This document shows, in pieces, positions 39,321 through 51,264 of a stretch of DNA of 57,921 nucleotides. Source of the stretch: Octopus bimaculoides. Lineage: Eukaryota. The notes below the pieces were generated by a model, which saw only the letters and a list, made by a program, of their open reading frames with translations, ran no database searches and was not told the origin of the DNA. Positions within the stretch are counted from its first letter, which is position 1, and the number at the start of each line of letters is the position of its first letter. The stretch spans positions 88,539,954 to 88,597,874 of the forward strand of contig NC_068987.1 of the NCBI RefSeq assembly GCF_001194135.2, in the 5' to 3' direction. The translations under genes were made by a program, and so were the position numbers.

Positions 39321-39767
39321 ATGGGTAAAAAAACACACCAAAGGAAAGAAAAGAAGTAGTTAATTATTTCAAATGTTATTTGATCTGACTTCTAGGCATC
39401 GTTAGAACAAGAGAAATTTGCAGAGCTTTTAAGTGTAATCTTACACGCATTATTATTATTTTATTTTTATTTTATTTAAATACCATAGTTTTATTTCACC
39501 CTCGAACTAAAGATAGGAAACTCGAAAATCTCGAATCTGTTGTATCGTTCACTTAGATTTCTGTTATCGCTGTTGATAAGAGAATGATCAAAGACGAGAA
39601 AATGATTTTACGCCTGAAAAGATCTGCGGAAGAATTTGGGTGTAAATTTGAGAATTATCAAAACATTATAATGTTGGAAGAAAAGAAAACACAGATGAAT
39701 TGAATGAGTTGATAGTTTGCTTTATAACTAATATCAAGTTAAATTAAAGTTTGTTTTATAAGCAATT

Positions 39768-39978
39768 CTTTCTACTATGGGCGCAAAGCCTGAAATTTTG
39801 GGGCGCGGGATAATTGATTACATCGACCCCAGTGTTTTACTGGTACTTAATTTTTCGACCCCGGCAGGATGAAAGGTAAAGTCGACCTCGGCGGAATTTG
39901 AACTCACAACGTTGCAACAGGCGAAATACCGCTAAGCATTTCGTCCAGCGTGTTAACGATTCTGCCAGCTCGCCGCCT
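39768..39978 (-). mobile_element. SINE family A
   Basis: Full head, core and tail type 1. Confidence 0.85.
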
Positions 39979-40146
39979 GTATCTTATGAGTAATACCAAA
40001 CTAAAATAAATTAGTAATGGACATGCTAATGAATTCAATAGTGTCTTCGTTGTAAACTAGGGAATGTTCTTTGACCAAGATAACTTTTATTTTTTAATCG
40101 TTGGTAGAGATACCGTATTTCGTTTTGTAGCCATAATATGATATCA

Positions 40147-40183
<37 letters not shown>

Positions 40184-40241
40184 ATGTGTGTGTGTGCGTG
40201 TGTGTGTGTGTGTGTGCGCGTGTGTGTGTATCGTCGTATAC

Positions 40242-40275
<34 letters not shown>

Positions 40276-40324
40276 ATGTATGTATCGTCGTATACAGACT
40301 GTGTATGTGTGTACGTTTTTGTGT

Positions 40325-40510
40325 TTGTTTTTGTCCCTCTACCATCGCTTGACAACCGACGTTGGTGTGCTAACGTCCCAGAATCTTAACGGTGCGGCAA
40401 AAGAGAACGATAGAATAAGTACTAGGCTTATAAGTGCTGGGGTCGATTTGTTCGACTAAAGGCAGTGCTCCAGCATGGCCGCAGTCAAATGACTGAAACA
40501 AGTAAAAATA
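40325..40510 (+). mobile_element. SINE family B 3' module
   Basis: accatcgcttgacaacc...ccagcatggccgcagtcaaatgactgaaacaag; reverse copies at 6605-6760 and 28630-29040, partial at 57860-57921. Confidence 0.8.
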
Positions 40511-40679
40511 ATGAGGTTCTGGATTTGGTCTCATTGCGTGGAATCTTGGGTACTACATATTTTCTACCAAATCCTTCGGGTTGACCAATACCTCGTGAGT
40601 ATAAATGGACAGAGGGAAACTTTCCGAACGACCACCACGTCATATATATGATGTGTAAGTAAATATGTGGGCATATTTA

Positions 40680-41010
40680 GCCAATCCATAACGGTAGCTC
40701 CTCTTTCTACTAGGCTGGAGTCTTTGGTTCATCTTCGTAATGCTTGTATCTTAGTTGAGTCTTTTTCCCTAAGTATTTACTGTCCATGGCCATTGCTCTG
40801 ATGAATTTTCTGGTCTTGTGCCTATTGTCAAAACCTTTAAAAGTGTTTACCCGTTTCTTTTCACAGGCGCGACTTCCAGTAATCCATAGCTTCTTTCCTC
40901 GAACTTTTGGTCCCTGGAACTCCTTACCACTATCTCGGTTCCCTTTGCTTTTCCTCTAGCATTTGATAGTTAGTCCTTGAAGCTTTCTATCAATCGGCAT
41001 CTTTTGAATT
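40680..41010 (+). mobile_element. CR1/Jockey-group LINE 3' fragment
   Basis: HGHCSDEFSGLVP and SFFPRTFGPWNSLP motifs across frameshifts. Confidence 0.65.
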
Positions 41011-41635
41011 AGAAGGCCCCTCTCCCCCACACTTTTTGTAGTCCCTTACACTACTGTAGCCTCCAGCCTTTTTGGGGACAAAATCGTCATATAAAAAAAA
41101 GGATGTGACCACCAACAAAACCAAACAGGTAATTTTCGAACGAAGTCCCTTGCGATGTTTGTTTTGCACCGATTTACACAAAACTCATATAATGAAGCGT
41201 TGATTCCCCTCTTCTCCGTTCGCTACTCCACTTGAATGTTATTCTCTTTTTATTTTGGAGCCATGTCTAACATCAGTATCACCCACAGAAGCACTGAAGA
41301 ATCGCTGCTAAAACCTTGTATTGTTCTGACTAATTGCTAATTTCTTCCTAGTCATCAAGGATTAATTACAGACACAAGAAATACCGTTGGGATAAATATT
41401 CTCAGTTACCGGAATAAGCGAAGGGAAATATATCAACACGTGTTACACATAGAAAAAGAAAAACTAAAAAACTACCATTAAAATCGGAGTTTCAAAACAC
41501 ATGAACTCACATAATGTATGCTAGTGCCATCTGCTTTTGTTTTTGGTTGTTCATTCATGTGATAGAATTTAAATAATGTGATCAAGACATATAAACAATC
41601 CGACATTCATGGAGAAATGAACAGACTAATTCTCG

Positions 41636-41678
<43 letters not shown>

Positions 41679-41688
41679 NNNNNNNNNN

Positions 41689-41755
<67 letters not shown>

Positions 41756-41912
41756 TTATAAGTGTGTGTGTGTGCCTACGGGCATGTTTGGGTTGCTAAA
41801 CGTAAAGTATACGCAGATATATACATATTTATACAAGCATACATACACAAACACGCGTACACGCAAACACAGATACACTTATAAGCAGAGAGAGAGAGAG
41901 AGAGACAGAGAC

Positions 41913-41955
<43 letters not shown>

Positions 41956-42020
41956 GAATATGTAAAAATGATAGACAGACAAGGGAGAGAAAAGTCTATG
42001 TATGTGTATGTGTGCGCGCT

Positions 42021-42058
<38 letters not shown>

Positions 42059-42456
42059 AGTGATAAGACAATGCTATAAGAAAATCCCATGGGCCCAGGA
42101 TGCAAAATTCCAACTTATTTTATTATTATAATAGTTGCACTTACGAGTGTATATATAGTGTTTATAAACTATTATTACAGTTGCACTTTGTGTTTGTGTA
42201 TATGTAGATATATATTCTCTGCATGAAGTATGATGTATGATAGTATAACATAAATAGGCTGTGAATTGTATCAGAAAATGTCTGCATATAAAATTTATAC
42301 ACACACACACACACACACACACATACACACACACACACACACACATACACACACACACATACATACATACATACATACATACATACATACATACACACAT
42401 AAATATAGATAGATAGACAGACAGACAGATATATAGATAGACAGACAGACAGACAG

Positions 42457-42514
<58 letters not shown>

Positions 42515-43739
42515 GGACAGACGCGTTGACACGTACAGCTAAACAAACTACATGCAAGTACTACGAGAATCAATCGAAAAACCTACCGACCTGATATTAT
42601 CTGCAATAAACAAACTAGCAAGAGTACAACTAGCAGAGATCGAAAATTCCATCTTTCAGATATTGAATGTTCTACTTTACTTTGCTGCGTTTACGATTCA
42701 CCAATAGATAGAAGTAACGGAGATCGATCGCAGCGAGAAGAAACAACCAAAATGGATGACCTTTCCCAGACTTATATGAACATGCTATAAAAATATAACT
42801 GGAGGCATTAGACTCTATAATGATGTGCTAAGTAAACAATAAATTTACTTGTCACCAACTGCGACCTTATGATAGATTATCGAACGTCGATAGTAAATGT
42901 CTACTAAAAATACTGCCGCAAAAAATGAACAGTGATAATCCTTTGGTGAAGGAACCTAGAATTATAAACAAACAGCGTAACCCTGACGCATTGTGGTGAA
43001 GAATGTTTGTGTTAACTTCTCCCAAAGTTTAGAATATAAACAATGAAAATCTCTTGATGGTTGTTTAAACTCCCAGACAGAAAATCGCTTAGGAGAGAGA
43101 CTCGGTAGTCGTTAAGCGGTACAGAGAACTCACGTTCTACAGAGGAGACTTCGTTAAAAGTGTGTAAAATGGTAAAAAAGCAAAAACAGTGAACGCTGAC
43201 CTTGATGTATTAGGCTGGCTGACAGTTGTATATATATCACTACGAGCTAGAAAAAAAAAAAAAAAACGAAAAAAGGCAAGAAACACATGCGACCAAAAGC
43301 TACAGACCCGCTGCATTCTTGAATTGTCTGTATAAGGTATATACAAGTTGTTTAAAAGTATTCCTGCCAGGATCACTGTGAGATGTACAGTGTGGTGATT
43401 GAGGAGCAGGCAGACGGAAAGAAAGGAGTCTTGGTCTGCTCTGTATAGTTACACACCCACAAAATAATAATATAAATAATATATAAATATATGCATATAT
43501 CCATACATATATGTACATACTTACATCTATATGTATACATATATGCATATATGGGTACAGGACATAAAAAAAAAGAAAAAGTTAAACACAATGAGAAACG
43601 AAAACATAAAAACGAAAACATAGAAAACGAACATTTTTCGAACAACGAGAAAAACAGAGAAACGAGACATACAACATAAAGAGTATACTCCTTCGTCAGT
43701 TGTCCCTGTTTCATCTACTCCAAGTTTCGAAAAAGTTGT

Positions 43740-44015
43740 TCTAAAGGAAGTGAAAGGGGACTGTTGAAAGCTGCTGATTGTATGGCTAGACTAAAAGGTG
43801 TTTGGTTCTGCTCGTCACTTATAGATTAGCCGATGCTATTAACAGAGTGACAACAACATCGTCTACAGGACCATCCATAACAACTGGCGTTTCTACTATA
43901 GTCACAGCAGGAATATTTCAATGTGACGTTTTGTCTGTATTTCTTTTCGCACTAGTAATGAATCCCTTGTCATCCTTGTTAGGGAAATACGAAGGGGACA
44001 TAAGATCTGCAGATG
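43740..44015 (+). mobile_element. Non-LTR reverse transcriptase fragment (R4/Dong-like)
   Basis: GIFQCDVLSVFLFALVMNPLSSLLGKYEG resembles the RT motif GIFQGD.LSP.LF...NPLS. Confidence 0.7.
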
Positions 44016-44077
44016 AAAGAAAACTTAGGGTTTTCTGGATGACCTTGGACAATTTCTTTGTAATATTTACAACACTC

Positions 44078-44287
44078 AAGGCGGTGAACTGGCAGAATCG
44101 TTACCGCGCCGGGTAAAATGCTTAGTCGCATTCTGTCTGTCTTTACGTTCCGAGTTGAAATCCTGCCAAGGTCGATTTTGCCATTCACCCTTTCGGAGAA
44201 ATAAGTACAATTTGAGTACTTGGGTCTATCTAATCGACTTAGCCCACCCCAAAATTGCTGGCCTCGTGCCAAAATTTGAAACCAATA
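44078..44287 (+). mobile_element. SINE family A
   Basis: Head and core. Confidence 0.8.
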
Positions 44288-44299
44288 TTCCCAACACGA

Positions 44300-44720
44300 A
44301 GAAACTAGGTATTATAAAAAAATCTCGGGTGAAACCATAATGGAGTGTTGCTCTCACGTCTGGGACGGTTCTGTTGCTACTCACACAAGTCCTAAATCGA
44401 AACCAGAAAAGAACCAGCCTACAGATTTGCATCAAGTCACTCACAGATATACCTCAACCCGTGGCTCACAGATACATTCTCTCTTCTCTTTACCATTTCC
44501 ACGACTATTATAATGGCCTCTGCTTCTTGTAACCAGCTGAGCTGCATGTCGTGTTCAGTCAGATACTTCCATCCTACTCATCTCTTCTCTGCTCATTATC
44601 CTTGTTTTGACTAACTCCACCACCAGATCCCGCAAAGGTCACTACACCCACGCGTTCCTTCCGAGTATGCTGGTCTTCTGGAATCCCTTCTATGTTTATA
44701 TCTTTATTGCAGGTGTTTCA
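44300..44720 (+). mobile_element. CR1/Jockey-group LINE 3' fragment
   Basis: VKPIMECCSHVWDGS, QPVAHR..LSSL, YYNGLC motifs; similar to the 40680-41010 fragment. Confidence 0.65.
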
Positions 44721-44878
44721 ATACAAGGATCCATTCACTTAACTTTTTGAGGGCCTACAAAGTGCATGAAAACAATCTCTTTATCCAGACTCAAGTTAAA
44801 AAACCGTGTATCACATATTTAATTCCATTCAAGACAACTATTTCTCTTAAACTGTCTTATATATAACAATCATAAAAA

Positions 44879-45051
44879 TAATTCGTTATTAACGGTAGAA
44901 CTCGAAGTAGATAAAGCTATAAAGATAGCGTGAAGATATTAGGTTAAAACATTCTTTGTTTTTTTCTATCCAAAGTGTTTTTTAACCCAATATTTATACG
45001 CTATTTTCTATAGATTTATCTACTTCGAGTTTCACCGTTAGAGACGAATTA
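44879..45051. repeat. Foldback palindrome about 173 bp
   Basis: taattcgt..aacggtagaactcgaagtagataaa.. mirrored by ..tttatctacttcgagtttcaccgtt..acgaatta. Confidence 0.85.
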
Positions 45052-45239
45052 CTTCACGTCTTTCTAAATTCTTATGATATTAATTCATAACGATTTTATT
45101 TTTCTTCAAAATGTAAGTTTTTTTTCTCCATTTTTCACGTTTCGTCTTTCAATTCATCAACAACAAATATGTAACCATGGTTATTCATTTCATCTCATAT
45201 TACAAAAAGATTGTTTACGCCAAAATATGTTTCTATAAC

Positions 45240-45408
45240 AGGCGTAGGAGTGGCTGTGTGGTAAGTAGCTTGCTTACCAGCCACATGGTTCCGAGTTCAG
45301 TCCCACTGCAAGTGTTTTCTACTCTAGCCTCGGGCCGACCAAAGCCTTGTGAGTGGATTTGGTAGACGGAAACTGAAAGAAACCCGTCGTATATATATAT
45401 ATATATAT
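45240..45408 (+). mobile_element. SINE family B 5' half, runs into gap at its internal (TA)n
   Basis: Head and core. Confidence 0.85.
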
Positions 45409-45969
45409 NNNNNNNNNNNNNNNNNNNNNNNNNNNNNNNNNNNNNNNNNNNNNNNNNNNNNNNNNNNNNNNNNNNNNNNNNNNNNNNNNNNNNNNNNNNN
45501 NNNNNNNNNNNNNNNNNNNNNNNNNNNNNNNNNNNNNNNNNNNNNNNNNNNNNNNNNNNNNNNNNNNNNNNNNNNNNNNNNNNNNNNNNNNNNNNNNNNN
45601 NNNNNNNNNNNNNNNNNNNNNNNNNNNNNNNNNNNNNNNNNNNNNNNNNNNNNNNNNNNNNNNNNNNNNNNNNNNNNNNNNNNNNNNNNNNNNNNNNNNN
45701 NNNNNNNNNNNNNNNNNNNNNNNNNNNNNNNNNNNNNNNNNNNNNNNNNNNNNNNNNNNNNNNNNNNNNNNNNNNNNNNNNNNNNNNNNNNNNNNNNNNN
45801 NNNNNNNNNNNNNNNNNNNNNNNNNNNNNNNNNNNNNNNNNNNNNNNNNNNNNNNNNNNNNNNNNNNNNNNNNNNNNNNNNNNNNNNNNNNNNNNNNNNN
45901 NNNNNNNNNNNNNNNNNNNNNNNNNNNNNNNNNNNNNNNNNNNNNNNNNNNNNNNNNNNNNNNNNNNNN

Positions 45970-46261
45970 GTTGTAAGTGTTTATTGTGCGAAAACACCTA
46001 AAGCACCACGAGGCTCGGCAGCGGATAGTGGCGAACCCTGCTGTACTCTCTCACCACAACTTTCTCTCACTCTTACTTCCTGTTTCTGTTGCGCCTGTAA
46101 TTCAAAGAGTCCGCCTTGTCATGCTGAATGTCCCCGAGAACTACGTTAAGGGTACACGTGTCTGTGGAGTGCTCAGCCACTTGCACGTTAATTTCACGAG
46201 CAGGCTGTTCCGTTGATCGGATCAACTGGAACTCTCAACGTCGTAAGCGACGGAGTGCCAA
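45970..46261 (+). mobile_element. SINE family C, head lost in gap
   Basis: Body matches 52145-52441. Confidence 0.8.
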
Positions 46262-46583
46262 CAATCAAGTGATTGGAATGTAAGCAATTTGTGGAAAGAA
46301 AATTGGTCTTTTTATCTTTAATATCATCTACTTTTATCACTTGTCTCTTATTGGGAGGAGACGATCTACAATATCGATATACTGAGATTTCTGGATAAAA
46401 TGAGAGTATTATTACCGTTTGAAAAGCAGGCTAGTCAGCTCCTGTAGTCTTTGATTGAATTATTGTCTTGAAGAAAATAGAAAGCAAGGTTAACTAGGCT
46501 GTCATTTTGTGTGTTATTAAGTGCCTTAACGATATATCTGGAAATACGAATTACGGAAAATACCAGTGTTTTCTCTATTCCAG

Positions 46584-46718
46584 TTTAGTGGAAAATGTGA
46601 ACGCCAATGACCTAGAAGTTACACTGGGCGTCGAGGGAAAGAAGCACAACATAAATTGTAAAGAATGCTTTCAGGTGGATGAAAATGGATATATGCCAAA
46701 CCCATTAGTCTTTAAATG
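46584..46718 (+). CDS. Internal coding exon (xLVENVNANDLEVTLGVEGKKHNINCKECFQVDENGYMPNPLVFK)
   Basis: Acceptor gttttctctattccag| and donor TG|GTAATA; 135 nt, open, symmetric phase 2-2, compatible with the downstream exons. Confidence 0.6.
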
Positions 46719-47205
46719 GTAATAGATTAAAGTAACTAGAAGCAAGACGGGATTCGACAACGGGGGAATTCTGTGTCAGAGAAGATGCACTGAAATGATC
46801 TGAACAAAATGATGAAGCTGGCATTTATTCTTTCGTACAATGTTTGTGGATTGTTGCCTTATGTTAAGAAAAAAATTACTGTTTTTTACATGAAGAAACC
46901 AGAGCTTAATTCAGTGTGAATCAAACTAGATTGTTGCTGTCTTCTTGTCCTTGTTGCCGTCGTCAATATTGTTTGTTTAGCCCTTGGTTAGCCTTGGTCG
47001 AGAAGACCCGTGATCAAATGTGCTCCAGCTGTAACTGTCTGTTTTATTTGTTTGAGAGGTAGTTTACATAAATTTACATAATGCCATGAGTCTCGAGGGA
47101 GATTTGGTCATTATTTCTAGCAGGCTGAATGACCACATACAGTACTGCTTCGCTCGATCGACAAGTTGTTTCATGTGGCAACAATGTGTGTGTATGTGTA
47201 TGTAT

Positions 47206-47236
<31 letters not shown>

Positions 47237-47409
47237 TANNNNNNNNNNNNNNNNNNNNNNNNNNNNNNNNNNNNNNNNNNNNNNNNNNNNNNNNNNNNNN
47301 NNNNNNNNNNNNNNNNNNNNNNNNNNNNNNNNNNNNNNNNNNNNNNNNNNNNNNNNNNNNNNNNNNNNNNNNNNNNNNNNNNNNNNNNNNNNNNNNNNNT
47401 ATATATATG

Positions 47410-47449
<40 letters not shown>

Positions 47450-47554
47450 CACACATGTGTATATGTATGGATGTATGTATGTATGATATTTAAATTTTTG
47501 TTTACAAATTTTAGAACCATTTCTCTGTAACTTTGGTTCCTTCTCTGCAATTTA

Positions 47555-47690
47555 TTTTCCTCCGAGGTCGACTTTGCCCTTCATCCTTTCGGGGCCGACA
47601 AAAATAAGTACCAGTTGCATACTGGGATCAATGTGATCGTCTTATCTCCTTCCCCCGGAATTGCTGACTTTCTACCAAAATTTGACCCCC
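47555..47690 (+). mobile_element. SINE family A, 5'-truncated
   Basis: Core gaggtcgactttgccct... Confidence 0.7.
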
Positions 47691-47784
47691 CCTCATACAC
47701 GAATGGTCTTCAGTATATTCCTCCCGTTTATCTTTTCCTCTCTGCTACATCACCTCCGTTGCCTTCAACAACCGCTTCGCTCTT

Positions 47785-48395
47785 TTTGTTGTTGTTGTTG
47801 TTGTTCTTCTTCTTCTTCATATTTTTCTCCCTTTACTCGCCTCCTCCTCCTCCTCCTCTTCCTCCTCTTCATCCTCCTCCTCCTCTTCCTCCTCCTCTTT
47901 CTTCTTCTTCTTCTTCTTCTTCTCCTCCTCTTTTTTCCTTCTTCTTTTTCTTTCTTCTCCCTTTCCTCCTTTCCTTTTTCTCCTCCCCTTCTTCTTTTTC
48001 TTCTCCCTTCCTCCTTTTCCTTCCCCTCCCCTCCTACTGCTTCTCCCCTTCCCCTTATCCTCTTCCTCCTCCCCTTCCACTTCTTCTTCTTCCTTCTTCT
48101 TCCTTCTTCTTCCATTTCTTCTTCTTCTTCTTCTTCTTCCAATTCTTCTTCTAATTCTTCTTCTTCTTCTTCTTCTTCTTCTTCTTCTTCCAATTCTTCT
48201 TCTTCTTCTTCTTCTTCTTCCAATTCTTCTTCTTCTTCTTCTCTCCTTTTTCTTCTCCCTTCCTCCTTTTTCTTCCCCTTCCCCTCCTACTGCTTCTCCT
48301 CTTCCCCCTTTCCTTCTCCCCCTTCTTCTTCTTCTTCTTCTCCTCCTCCTTCTCCTCTTCCTCTTCCTCCTCCTCTCCTTCCTCCTCCTCTACCA
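47785..48395. repeat. Compound (CTT)n/(CCT)n polypyrimidine tract with internal block duplication
   Basis: About 600 bp almost purine-free on +; block ccctcctactgcttctcc at about 48028 and 48281. Confidence 0.95.
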
Positions 48396-49315
48396 CAAGG
48401 CTTTTCTTTTTCTGAAGATCATCATAATAATAAAAACAACAATCAACATATTTATATAAAATATTATTGCAAGTAAAATTCAAAACAAAACCTATTTAGA
48501 TATTATTATTATCTTCTCTTCATTTGCAATCAACTTCGTCGTCATTTTCGACGACATTTATAAGAGAAGAAAATCTCTTTCAGCACCACCGCCCTTTCAT
48601 ACATTTCTACTCTCATTTCCTGTTCCTTTCCTCTCCTTCCTCATTCGCCTTTATCTCTCCCTACCTTTTCCTCGTCTCCTTTCTCCTCTCTCCCCTCTCC
48701 CCCTCCCTCTTCCCTCCTCCTTCTAATCTCCGCCATTATAATTGCTATCACTCCAATAATTCCATTTTGTATGACTCCCAGTGAAATATCCTCACATTCA
48801 TCTCTATATAATTAATGCTAATTCAAACATAGCCAAATAAATGAAAATTTCACAAGGAGAAGAAAAATAAAAAAAAGACTCTAGATTGAAAAAAAGAACA
48901 AATAAATTTATAAAGAGAATGAAGTTAAAAAGTAAGTCGCCATTGTTTATCGGTTTTTAAAGCTAAAGAACCCGCGGTACAAATTTTGGGGGATCAGATA
49001 CTGTTTCTCTAACATAACTTAAATTCGCTGTTTTCCGTTTAATTGAATAATCTCGACAATAACATTGTAGTCCAAGAAAGAATTAGGCATGAGTTTTTAA
49101 CAGAAGTTATAAAGCTGCTTGATATTTATACATATATATGTACATAAATGTATACACATACACGCACACATATACATAATCTTTTATATATATATATACG
49201 CATATATATGTATATACATATACGCACATATATACATATCTATATATATATGTAGACATAGGTACATATATGTATAAACATGTACATATATATATATATA
49301 CACATATATATACAC

Positions 49316-49348
<33 letters not shown>

Positions 49349-49696
49349 NNNNNNNNNNNNNNNNNNNNNNNNNNNNNNNNNNNNNNNNNNNNNNNNNNNN
49401 NNNNNNNNNNNNNNNNNNNNNNNNNNNNNNNNNNNNNNNNNNNNNNNNNNNNNNNNNNNNNNNNNNNNNNNNNNNNNNNNNNNNNNNNNNNNNNNNNNNN
49501 NNNNNNNNNNNNNNNNNNNNNNNNNNNNNNNNNNNNNNNNNNNNNNNNNNNNNNNNNNNNNNNNNNNNNNNNNNNNNNNNNNNNNNNNNNNNNNNNNNNN
49601 NNNNNNNNNNNNNNNNNNNNNNNNNNNNNNNNNNNNNNNNNNNNNNNNNNNNNNNNNNNNNNNNNNNNNNNNNNNNNNNNNNNNNNNNNNNNNNNN
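49349..49696. other. Assembly gap (348 N) covering the predicted start of the transmembrane exon
   Basis: N-run between a (TA)n tract and the hydrophobic coding fragment. Confidence 0.9.
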
Positions 49697-49758
49697 ACAG
49701 CGTTTGGCATCTTCTTCATTGTCCGACACCAGGAACGAAAAGCGGGAAAGAGAAAAAA
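49697..49758 (+). CDS. 3' part of putative transmembrane exon (TAFGIFFIVRHQERKAGKRK), 5' part hidden in N-gap
   Basis: Hydrophobic run followed by a basic stop-transfer cluster. Donor AA|GTGTGA at 49758/59 is phase 2 and matches the phase-2 acceptor at 50355 (AA+G=Lys). The donor is only moderate. Confidence 0.6.
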
Positions 49759-50354
49759 GTGTGAAAGAAAGAAGGAGAAAGACAGAAACAGAAATAGAGA
49801 GAGAAGGGGATGGAGAGGGAGTGAGAGGATGCCAAAAAGGAAGAGAAAATGAAGAGAGAAAGAGAGAAAGAGAGAAAGAGAGGAAGAGAGAAAGAGAGAG
49901 AGAAAGGGTAGTAAATATATGATGCAAGGGTTAAATTAAATTCAACTTAGGTTGATTGCCAGTTTAAACAGCAAAACGTCTCTCAAAAGAGTTTCATTAT
50001 TGAATTCACCATCTATTTTTACACGCAGCATTTAAAATAATGTCTACGCTTTCAATGGAACCGTCAAAATGTACCTTCCGTAGCTCGGAAAATGTTTTAT
50101 AAAAGTATTTAGCGCCATAGATCAGAGATTGAATGTGTCACGCTGCTTTGTGAGTTGTATGACGTCATAGAATACTATGATGTCATCGGTTGTTAGGAAA
50201 ATAGCCTTTTACCAACCTGATTTCAAAACGGATTTTACGGCGTAAAAGGGGCGCCAAACATTTAAATGCCATTGCAACTTTGTGCTGATCGACAACAGCA
50301 ACTTTCGCCCTTTACCGATTCTTGAAGAAATCGTTTCTATTTCCTTTATATTAG

Positions 50355-50898
50355 GATGAATTATGTAAATAAACGTGTCAACTACAACCGGGCAAACAAT
50401 TTAGCAAGGGAAAACCTGTCAGTAAAATATGGAATGGTAGTGCCCACGATCAATTCAGTTCCGCACTATATGCTCAATTTTTGCTACACAGGTTCCAGGA
50501 AACGACGCGACAAGAAAGGCCACGCCAACACATGCCCACCCTACGCTACTCTAAAGGATGATAAGATTTCAAGTAGTCCAGACTTTCGCCTTCATAGTCC
50601 GTATGCTACAGATTCGAATTACTCTTGTAAATCTTGTCCTTCGAACACAACTTGTAATTTCTACTTGCATGATAAGGAATTATATTCTCCCAGAGCTCCT
50701 TATGCTGTTTTCGATGAATCAGAAGAATATAGATCGATGACAAAAGACGGTAACTATGTACTACAATACCCGTATGCAACCAGCCTAACAGCCTCAGGTT
50801 CGAAGACGACGTGTCAAAGCGCGCAAGTTATACCTCCCTACGCTTTGGATGTCCAACAAACTTTAGGTATGATGCAACAAAGTGACTGTGTGTATTGA
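50355..50898 (+). CDS. Terminal coding exon: Tyr-rich cytoplasmic tail (180 aa, five xPYA motifs) of a putative single-pass receptor
   Basis: Stop-free 180-codon frame in unique, non-repetitive sequence. It starts right after a polypyrimidine acceptor (tttctatttcctttatattag|G ATG, phase 2), ends at TGA 50896-50898, and AATAAA follows about 95 nt later. Confidence 0.75.
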
Positions 50899-50993
50899 AG
50901 ATGTAATATTTGCTTTTAGAAACATTTTAAAAACATACGCTTTTGAGTTTTCATTTTTGTCATTCGTTCCATACAATGTTTATCAAATTAGTC

Positions 50994-50999
50994 AATAAA
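50994..50999 (+). promoter_or_regulatory. Polyadenylation signal candidate for the receptor-like gene
   Basis: AATAAA 95 nt after the stop, followed by a T-rich tract. Confidence 0.5.
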
Positions 51000-51170
51000 T
51001 CTTTCTGTCATTTTCCGCCCCGCCATAATTAGACTTGCTCTTTACTTATTGTCTTCATTTACATTTAAGCTTACTTTAAAAACAAATTTTGACAAAAGCT
51101 GTAGATTTCTGCAAGTACACACACACATACAAACACACATACAACTACACATACATATATATACGTATTT

Positions 51171-51264
<94 letters not shown>

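Noticed and set aside
39030-39359. Poly-His / poly-Met / poly-Thr ORFs
   Set aside because: Translations of (GAT)n/(GAC)n microsatellite with no splice signals or complex sequence.
39557-39703. Open frame ISVIAVDKRMIKDEKMILRLKRSAEEFG... after an AG
   Set aside because: No convincing donor or recognisable homology.
42535-42787. About 80-codon open frame containing VYDSP and TYMNM
   Set aside because: Ends in a stop with no suitable donor and lies upstream of the TM exon; length is attainable by chance.
43680-43735. Minus-strand CGAAAC ... CTGACGA boxes
   Set aside because: Both hammerhead boxes are present but no UH site or stems give a valid topology in this copy.
47615-48483. Pro/Ser/Leu-rich and Glu/Lys/Arg-rich ORFs
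   Set aside because: (CTT)n/(CCT)n tract lacks stops by composition.
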